Below the pieces are notes generated by a model. That model saw only the letters and a program-made list of their open reading frames with translations, made no database searches and had not been told where the DNA came from. DNA of 64,000 nucleotides from Minisyncoccota bacterium (GTDB taxonomy: Bacteria > Patescibacteriota > Minisyncoccia > Phycocordibacterales > UBA918), in NCBI GenBank assembly GCA_041389045.1, contig JAWKSQ010000001.1:267063-331062 (forward strand), in the 5' to 3' direction. The position numbers and the translations under genes were made by a program. Of this stretch, positions 39,396 to 46,162 are shown piece by piece. How positions within the stretch are numbered: position 1 is the first letter of the stretch; the number at the start of each line of letters is the position of its first letter.

Positions 39396-39653
39396 ATGCT
39401 TGTTGTTACGTCTCCTACTTTTGATAAACAATTTAAAAAACTTTCTCATAAAGTCCAACAACAATTTAAAGCCAGATTATCACTTTGGTTGGAAAATTCT
39501 GAACACCCCACTTTACGAGTACACCCACTTAAGGGTAGCTTAAGCGGGTATTGGAGTATGAATATAAGTGGTGACTATATAGTGATATATTATTTTCAAG
39601 GCGACGAAACAGTCGTTTTGGCTTTAATCGGTACGCATAGTCAGTTGTATTAA
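39396..39653 (+). CDS. RelE/YafQ-superfamily mRNA-interferase toxin
   Basis: 85 aa; HPLKGSLSGYWSMNISGDYIVIYYF...LIGTHSQLY. Confidence 0.7.
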   Translation: MLVVTSPTFDKQFKKLSHKVQQQFKARLSLWLENSEHPTLRVHPLKGSLSGYWSMNISGDYIVIYYFQGDETVVLALIGTHSQLY

Positions 39654-39739
39654 CAGCAGGTAACCAAATTTTAGACAAGACAGTTCTAAGAGTGTGTGTT
39701 TATTATAAATTCGAATTATTTGCTGAGGGTTTTATTTTT

Positions 39740-40587
39740 ATGCTGGAATACAAAATTGGTTTTATTGGGCAGGGGTTTATCGGAAAGAACATGGCGGATG
39801 ATTTTGTGGAGCGTGGCTACGAGGTGGTACGGTTTGCGCTCGAGGAGAAGTATATCGGCAATCGCGAAGTGATTGCCGATTGTGACTTTGTTTTTATTGC
39901 AGTCCCTACTCCAACCACTCCACAGGGTTTTGATATTTCAGTAGTGGAAAGTGTTTTACCCCTAATTGGTAAGGGAAGACAGCGGTAATCAAGTCAACCA
40001 TTTTGCCTGGTACTGCCAAGGCCTTGCAAGCAAAGTTTCCTGATATTAATGTGATTCATTCGCCAGAGTTTTTGCGTGAACTACATGCTCGTGATGATGC
40101 TCGCCATCCACCGCGAACGATTATTGGTCTGCCAGAAAAAAATACGAAATACCAGGCTCTGGCTGATGAGTTACTGACAATCTTACCAAAGTCACCGTAC
40201 CAATTAGTCTGTACTGCAGAGGAAGCTGAATTAATTAAGTATGGCGGTAACTGCTTCTTAACTTTGAAGTTAGTGTATATGAATTTACTTTATGATTTAG
40301 CTGAGGCAACTGGAGCAGACTATAACGTGGTGGCGGAAGCAGTGGGGGCTGATAGTCGAATCGGTAGTAGTCATATGCAGGTAGTATCAGAAGACGGAAA
40401 GCGCGGAGCAGGTGGACACTGTTTTCCTAAGGACTTAGCGGCTCTGCGTGAGGTCTATGAAAAATCAATGGAAGTTAGTATGGGAACTGACTTACTCAAA
40501 GCGATTGAAAATAAAAACAACGAACTCTTGCGTAGTACAGACAAGGATCTTGATTTACTAAAGGAAATTTATGGTAGCCATGTCTAA
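39740..40587 (+). pseudogene. short UDP-glucose/GDP-mannose dehydrogenase-family protein (no C-terminal UDP-binding domain), one frameshift near 39978
   Basis: KIGFIGQGFIGKNMA (Rossmann), FIAVPTPT, IGKGKTAVIKSTILPGT restored by adding one A, GGHCFPKDL catalytic Cys. Confidence 0.7.
40507..40575 (+). repeat. current ugd 3' end, upstream copy of an imperfect direct repeat
   Basis: core TTGCGTAGTACAGACAAGGA (40528-40547) identical to 41732-41751; flanks about 75-80 percent similar by eye. Confidence 0.75.
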
Positions 40588-41677
40588 GTCAACATTGGTT
40601 ACCTCAGATTCGTATAATGCGTTTTGGGAGAAACTATCGCCCGCGTACCCTGTCTCACAAGGCAGAATGCGTGTACCAATAGTTACAGAATTGCAACAAT
40701 TACCAAACGTCTCAGTGTCGGAATTGTGTGGTGAATTGACAAAGGTACTTGAACAACTTATTGCTACAGCAGCTCTTCCTGGAGCTGCTGTAGCAAGGCT
40801 AAAGAAGGCTGGTGAAGATGTTATTGTCCCGTACATAGATGATACTTATACTGGTGTTGTTCGTTTTGATTGTGTACTGAACGAACGAAACGAACTAAAG
40901 ATTCTTGAGCTTAATGCAGACTATCCAGATGGTCTACTACTCCACGATAAAACATACAGCGTGTTAAGTGAGGCACTGTGTTCAGTACATGAAGACGCAT
41001 TTCTGTCATACTTTCCCGTACAGACATTGATTCACATTTCTTATGCTAAAGACGCACACTTTCTCGACGCGTACTATACGGAAGCAGAAGTGCTTGCGCG
41101 GAATGGACATCAAGTATCAATAGGCTCTGGGGAACCAACACTTAAACCGACGTGGCATCGGCGTTGTGTAGAGTCTTCAAAAATCACTGCTGGTGATATG
41201 GAGTGGTGCGAGCATGATCGTACTCAACATCTGAATTCGTTTGCTCTTCGGACACTTGGGTATAAGGACTTACTCGCAACCCTGTCCCATCCCTACGTTC
41301 TCAAGACTTTTGTAGTTAACTCTGCAACACGGCCGTTACTACTTGCTAATCAGTCTGAGTACGTTTTAAAACCTGCTAATGGTTGTGAAGGGCAGGGGAT
41401 ATTTTTTGGCCATGCTCATGATGCTGTAACTTGGGCAAAAATTATAGGTAATCTACCTATAGGTTACATAGCACAAGAATATGTACAGTTACCTCGTCAA
41501 AAAGTATCAGTGTACGAAGATGGTAATGTGATAGAGAAGGAGCTGTATTTTGATATCTGCCCACATTTTTTTATCAAGGACGGTAAAGTCGCTAATACCG
41601 GACATTTACTAATGCGTTTTTCTAAGTCACCCGTGGTGAACGTAGCGTTGGGGGAGCTGTCGGCTACCATTCTTTAA
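40571..41677 (+). CDS. ATP-grasp-fold protein (glutathionylspermidine-synthase-like / circularly permuted type), specific function unknown
   Basis: 368 aa; VVRFDCVLNERNELKILELNADYPDG, YVLKPANGCEGQGIFFG; ATG overlaps the ugd stop. Confidence 0.45.
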   Translation: MVAMSKSTLVTSDSYNAFWEKLSPAYPVSQGRMRVPIVTELQQLPNVSVSELCGELTKVLEQLIATAALPGAAVARLKKAGEDVIVPYIDDTYTGVVRFDCVLNERNELKILELNADYPDGLLLHDKTYSVLSEALCSVHEDAFLSYFPVQTLIHISYAKDAHFLDAYYTEAEVLARNGHQVSIGSGEPTLKPTWHRRCVESSKITAGDMEWCEHDRTQHLNSFALRTLGYKDLLATLSHPYVLKTFVVNSATRPLLLANQSEYVLKPANGCEGQGIFFGHAHDAVTWAKIIGNLPIGYIAQEYVQLPRQKVSVYEDGNVIEKELYFDICPHFFIKDGKVANTGHLLMRFSKSPVVNVALGELSATIL

Positions 41678-41711
41678 TATAGTTTGTTTCGTTAACTTAA
41701 TGTAAGTAAGT

Positions 41712-41785
41712 AAAAATAAAATAATTAACTTTTGCGTAGTACAGACAAGGACGTTGATTTACTGAATGCGATTTATGGTTCTTAA
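41712..41785 (+). pseudogene. orphan relic of an older ugd 3' end
   Basis: reads ...LRSTDKDVDLLNAIYGS* versus the current ugd tail ...LRSTDKDLDLLKEIYGSHV*. Confidence 0.7.
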
Positions 41786-41801
41786 TAAATAATTTTGGAT
41801 A

Positions 41802-41836
41802 AAGACCGGGCGTGGGCGCAGCCCACGCCCGGTCTT
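41802..41836 (+). terminator. strong hairpin terminator
   Basis: 16-bp perfect stem AAGACCGGGCGTGGGC-GCA-GCCCACGCCCGGTCTT. Confidence 0.65.
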
Positions 41837-41856
41837 ATCATGTATAATTAACAGTA

Positions 41857-42243
41857 ATGTATGCTTTCCTGATAGTTACTTTTTTACTAGGAGCTGGAGT
41901 AGGAGTTTATTTATCACGACACGGTTTATTTGGTCTAGGTAATTCTAATAATTTATCAAGCGATAATCCGTTTTTGAATGAAGCTGATACGGAGGAAGCA
42001 GATGAACTTAGAGCAGAAAGTGCTCTCTCGATACAAACTAGGATTCAAAAGCGAAAAATGCGTATCCTCGCCAAGGCCGAGGCAGAGGGTAGGATTACTA
42101 ATGATGGTGTGGAAGATTTATTTTGTATTAGTGATAATACTGCTGGTCGTTATTTGACTCAGTTGGTAAAAGAGAATCATTTAACAAAAGTTGGTACTAC
42201 TGGCCGTGGCGTGTATTACGAACCGGTAAAAGTGCCAAAATAG
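41857..42243 (+). CDS. membrane-anchored winged-HTH protein
   Basis: 128 aa; N-terminal TM, C-terminal ITNDGVEDLFCISDNTAGRYLTQLVKENHLTKVGTTGRGVYY; TATAAT 8 nt before ATG. Confidence 0.5.
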   Translation: MYAFLIVTFLLGAGVGVYLSRHGLFGLGNSNNLSSDNPFLNEADTEEADELRAESALSIQTRIQKRKMRILAKAEAEGRITNDGVEDLFCISDNTAGRYLTQLVKENHLTKVGTTGRGVYYEPVKVPK

Positions 42244-42286
42244 CCCTAAACACCCCAAATGTACTACATTTGGGGTGTTTAGGGCC
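42243..42286 (+). terminator. strong hairpin terminator
   Basis: about 21-bp perfect stem GCCCTAAACACCCCAAATGTA / TACATTTGGGGTGTTTAGGGC. Confidence 0.65.
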
Positions 42287-42442
42287 TGATACCAGTCGTT
42301 TTTCAGGGAAATCTAAGTGAGTTAATGTAATGTCTGGTTCGGCCAAATCAGTAATATTCAGTGATAAAAACGCTGGACTACTCAAACCTTTTTTCGTCTA
42401 GAGTATCTTCATCCTACCTGACTATGGTATATTTTTACCCAT

Positions 42443-44623
42443 ATGAACGATTTTTTAAGAGTCTTAGCATGGGGTGGAGTATTCGCGGTGCCGTTTTTAA
42501 CAATGTTTGTGGTTAATGATTATTTCTTTCCGTTTATTACTGGTAAAAACTTCGCCTTCCGAATAATTGTTGAAATAGCTTTTGTTGCGTGGGCACTACT
42601 GGCGGTCGTGGACGCCAAGTACCGACCAAGGTTCTCTTGGCTTCTGACCAGCTTTGCTACTTTACTAATCGTGATGTTTTTTGCTAACGCTTTTGGTCGA
42701 GATCCTCAGACTAGTTTTTGGAGTAATTTCGAAAGAATGGACGGTTATGTCACTTTGGTCCATGTCTTTTTATATGTTGTAGTGCTTGGGAGTTTACTCA
42801 CGACCAAAAAACATTGGAATATTTTCCTCAACACCACTCTAGGTGTGGCTTTTGTGGTGGCGATGTATGGTCTGTCTGGACAAACCGCTCCCGGCGCCCG
42901 TATTGAGAGTTTTCTTGGTAACTCCGCTTATCTAGCCATCTACATGTTCTTCCATATTTACATCGCCTTCTGGCTGTTTGTGGAACATCGTTCTGCCTTA
43001 CTCCGTACTGTTTATGGACTGCTTGCTTTCATGTTTATTTATACCCTGATTGAGACTGGTACTCGTGGTACCACGCTCGGTCTTATTTCGGGTACGATTG
43101 TAATGGTTGGTTATATTGGTTTGTTTGGTTCAAGATTTCCGGAATTTAGAAAGTATGCCATTGGAGCCTTTGTACTACTCTTGGTAGCTGTCGGGTCTTT
43201 CTATTCAGCTCGTGATTCTGACTTTATTCAGAGTAGTCCAAACCTAGCTCGTATTGCTAATATTGACTTAGGTAAGGACTTAGAAGTACGAGGTACTATT
43301 TGGGGGATGGCTTGGTCGGGGGTGAAAGAACGTCCACTACTTGGTTGGGGTCAGAGTAACTTCAACTACATTTTTAATGAGCAATATGACCCTTTCTTAT
43401 ATGGACAAGAACAGTGGTTTGACCGAGTACACAACATCTTTCTAGATTGGTTGGTGACTGGTGGTTTTCTTGGTCTGATTGCTTACCTTAGTATTTTTGT
43501 TGCTTGTGTCTACTATTTAATAATTGTTCCTCTCAGGCGACCAGAAGACCAAACTTTTACTACCCTTGAACGGGGAGTGATTTTGGGTATTTTGGCGGGG
43601 TACATGACACACAACTTGGTGGTGTTTGATAACATCATTAGTTATATTTTCTTTGCGGTTATTCTGGCTCTTATTCATAGCCGGGTAGGTGAACATATGC
43701 CACAGTTCGACACCATCAAAATTGATAAAAACTTATTCAATCAATTTGTGGTACCAGTGGCGATGGTGTTGGTGGGAGCGCTTATCTATACCATGCATGT
43801 CCCAGGTATTTTGGCAGCGGGAGACATTATCGATGGTTATCGGTCTCAAACGGCGGAAGGTAAGTTGGCTAAATTTGAATTAGCACTATCTCGGGGCTCA
43901 TTTGCTCATCAGGAGATTACTGAACAGATTGCCCAACAAGCCATGGGTATCGGTAGTGATGCCAACGTAAAAGAAGAGACTCGTCAAAAATTTATTACTA
44001 GAGCTGAAGAAGAATTAAATAAGTTGGTGGCAGAAAAACCAGGCGATGCCCGGGTGCATGTTTTCTTCAGTACTTTCTATCGAGCGCTAGGTAATCTTGA
44101 TGAGGCTGCGACTCAGATGGATATTGCTCGTGAACTGTCGCCACGTAAACAATCCATTATCATGCAACAGGCTATCATTAAGTATAGTCAAGGTGACATG
44201 GAAAAAGCCAAAGAACTATTCAGGGAAGCATTTATTTTGGATGAAAGGAATGATGAGGCTCGAGAATATTATGCGGCGATGTTATTTGCCATCGGTGAAG
44301 CTGACAGCGCTAAGGCTCTGATTACTGAGGATCGAATTATGGATCGGTTTGCGATGAATGATTTCATACTCAGTTCAGTGAATAGTGCTGGCGACACGGT
44401 CTTCCTAAGTGAATTGTACGAGTCTCGGATAAAACAACAGCCGGACTCAGCTCAGAACTGGGCTTCTTTAGCTTTTCTTTATTACCAAAATAAGGATAAT
44501 GAAGCAGCGATTAGTACTCTCGAGAGTGCCAAGACTCAGATACCGACTTTTGCTAAAGCAGCTAATTGCTTCATAGATAACATCAAAGCTGGTAATGAGC
44601 CACAGGAAGGCTGTCAGAATTAG
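42443..44623 (+). CDS. O-antigen-ligase/polymerase-like (Wzy_C) polytopic membrane protein with C-terminal TPR domain
   Basis: 726 aa; about 12 TM segments, large loop, then TPR-like repeats (ALGNLDEAATQMDIARELSP..., AQNWASLAFLYYQNKDNEAAI). Confidence 0.6.
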   Translation: MNDFLRVLAWGGVFAVPFLTMFVVNDYFFPFITGKNFAFRIIVEIAFVAWALLAVVDAKYRPRFSWLLTSFATLLIVMFFANAFGRDPQTSFWSNFERMDGYVTLVHVFLYVVVLGSLLTTKKHWNIFLNTTLGVAFVVAMYGLSGQTAPGARIESFLGNSAYLAIYMFFHIYIAFWLFVEHRSALLRTVYGLLAFMFIYTLIETGTRGTTLGLISGTIVMVGYIGLFGSRFPEFRKYAIGAFVLLLVAVGSFYSARDSDFIQSSPNLARIANIDLGKDLEVRGTIWGMAWSGVKERPLLGWGQSNFNYIFNEQYDPFLYGQEQWFDRVHNIFLDWLVTGGFLGLIAYLSIFVACVYYLIIVPLRRPEDQTFTTLERGVILGILAGYMTHNLVVFDNIISYIFFAVILALIHSRVGEHMPQFDTIKIDKNLFNQFVVPVAMVLVGALIYTMHVPGILAAGDIIDGYRSQTAEGKLAKFELALSRGSFAHQEITEQIAQQAMGIGSDANVKEETRQKFITRAEEELNKLVAEKPGDARVHVFFSTFYRALGNLDEAATQMDIARELSPRKQSIIMQQAIIKYSQGDMEKAKELFREAFILDERNDEAREYYAAMLFAIGEADSAKALITEDRIMDRFAMNDFILSSVNSAGDTVFLSELYESRIKQQPDSAQNWASLAFLYYQNKDNEAAISTLESAKTQIPTFAKAANCFIDNIKAGNEPQEGCQN

Positions 44624-44630
44624 GCTGTAG

Positions 44631-45656
44631 TTGTCTATGACTTTGGCCATTAAAGAGAATGTTTCGCTGAAAGACTACACCACCCTTAAAACCGGTGGTG
44701 TTGGTCTTTACTTGGTGGAAGTTGGTTCGGTGGAGGAGTTAGGACAGGCAGTTGATTTAGCAAAGCAACACCAACTGCCTGTCCTGGTTATTGGAGAAGG
44801 TTCAAACTTCTTGATTTCGGACGAAGGTTTCAGTGGTTTGGTAATTAAGGTAAATATTTTAGGTAGGGATTATGTAGAGGACGGTGAGACGGTTACTTTT
44901 ACTTGTGGCGCTGGAGAGACGCTAGACAAAATTGTGGCCGAAACTGTTACAAAGGGTTATTGGGGTTTAGAAAATCTTTCGGCGATACCAGGTACAGTTG
45001 GTGCGACTCCGGTACAAAATGTGGGTGCATATGGAGTAGAAATAAAAGATGTGGTGAAGACAGTGGAGACGTTTCATCTACTAACCAAAGAAAAAAAAGT
45101 TTTTACTAATCATGAGTGCAGATTTGGTTATCGTGATTCTTTTTTTAAAACTGATGAAGGAAGAAATTATGTTATTACCAAAGTAAGTTTTGTTCTCAGT
45201 AAAAACGCAAAACCAAAAATTGATTATGCTGATTTACAAAAATTTTTTTCTGGCTCAGAAATCTCTTTGGAAAAAATTCGTCAGGCGATAATTTCTATTA
45301 GAGCAAATAAATTTCCTGACTGGAAAGTAGTCGGTACGGCGGGTTCTTTTTTTAAAAACCCGATAGTCGATAAGGTAGTAGTAGATTCAATTTTACTTCG
45401 GTACCCTGATCTACCGGTATATCAGGTAGACGAAAATAGCTTTAAAATACCGCTTGGTTTTGTGCTTGATAAAATTTGCAATCTAAAAGGTTACCGAGTA
45501 GGACAAGTTGGACTCTATGAAAATCAAGCTCTGGTCTTAGTGAATTATGGTGAAAATAATGCTACTGAAATCAAAAATTTCGTTACAGAGATAACAAAAA
45601 TTGTGGCAGAAAAAACGGGAATAAAAATTGAACCTGAAGTTAGGTTTGTGTTTTAA
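44631..45656 (+). CDS. murB: UDP-N-acetylenolpyruvoylglucosamine reductase
   Basis: 341 aa; LKDYTTLKTGGVGLY, VLVIGEGSNFLISDEGF, GATPVQNVGAYG. Confidence 0.85.
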   Translation: MSMTLAIKENVSLKDYTTLKTGGVGLYLVEVGSVEELGQAVDLAKQHQLPVLVIGEGSNFLISDEGFSGLVIKVNILGRDYVEDGETVTFTCGAGETLDKIVAETVTKGYWGLENLSAIPGTVGATPVQNVGAYGVEIKDVVKTVETFHLLTKEKKVFTNHECRFGYRDSFFKTDEGRNYVITKVSFVLSKNAKPKIDYADLQKFFSGSEISLEKIRQAIISIRANKFPDWKVVGTAGSFFKNPIVDKVVVDSILLRYPDLPVYQVDENSFKIPLGFVLDKICNLKGYRVGQVGLYENQALVLVNYGENNATEIKNFVTEITKIVAEKTGIKIEPEVRFVF

Positions 45657-45726
45657 ACTCCACAAAACTTTTTTATTAAAATTAATTACCAAAAAATATT
45701 TTTTATAAAATTTTTTTCGAAAATTC

Positions 45727-45735
45727 TTATCCACA
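45727..45735 (+). promoter_or_regulatory. single perfect DnaA-box consensus in a very AT-rich spacer
   Basis: TTATCCACA inside 45657-45780, which is dominated by A/T runs. Confidence 0.25.
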
Positions 45736-45878
45736 AATTTTTTTTATAAAAGTGATTGTGTAAATATTTTTTACACGTGATAATAGTAGTAAGCAAAAAT
45801 CTTCTCTTACGGAATTGTTCTTTGAGAATCGAGAAGGTCTTGCGGTCGAACTTTATTCACTAATACTCTCATCACAAC

Positions 45879-46052
45879 ATGCCAGCAACAAAAAAGAAGG
45901 CAGTCAAGAAAGTAGCGAAAAAGACCGCAAAGAAGGTCGCTAAGAAGACTGTCAAGAAGGTAGCAAAGAAGGCTACAAAGAAGAAGGCTGTCAAGAAGGT
46001 AGCAAAGAAGGCTGCTAAGAAGACAACCAAGAAGAAGGCTTCAAAAAAGTAA
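45879..46052 (+). CDS. 57-aa lysine/alanine-rich histone-H1-like (AKKA-repeat) basic protein
   Basis: MPATKKKAVKKVAKKTAKKVAKKTVKKVAKKATKKKAVKKVAKKAAKKTTKKKASKK*; followed by hairpin + T-run (46098-46128); shorter than the ORF-track cutoff. Confidence 0.6.
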   Translation: MPATKKKAVKKVAKKTAKKVAKKTVKKVAKKATKKKAVKKVAKKAAKKTTKKKASKK

Positions 46053-46162
46053 TCACTGCAGATGGTTCATACCATTTGCGAGTAAAGTTGATAGCATAAT
46101 CGCCCTCCACAGGCGATTTTGCTTTTTTGTAATAATAAGCCAGAGCGTATATACTAGGCCCT

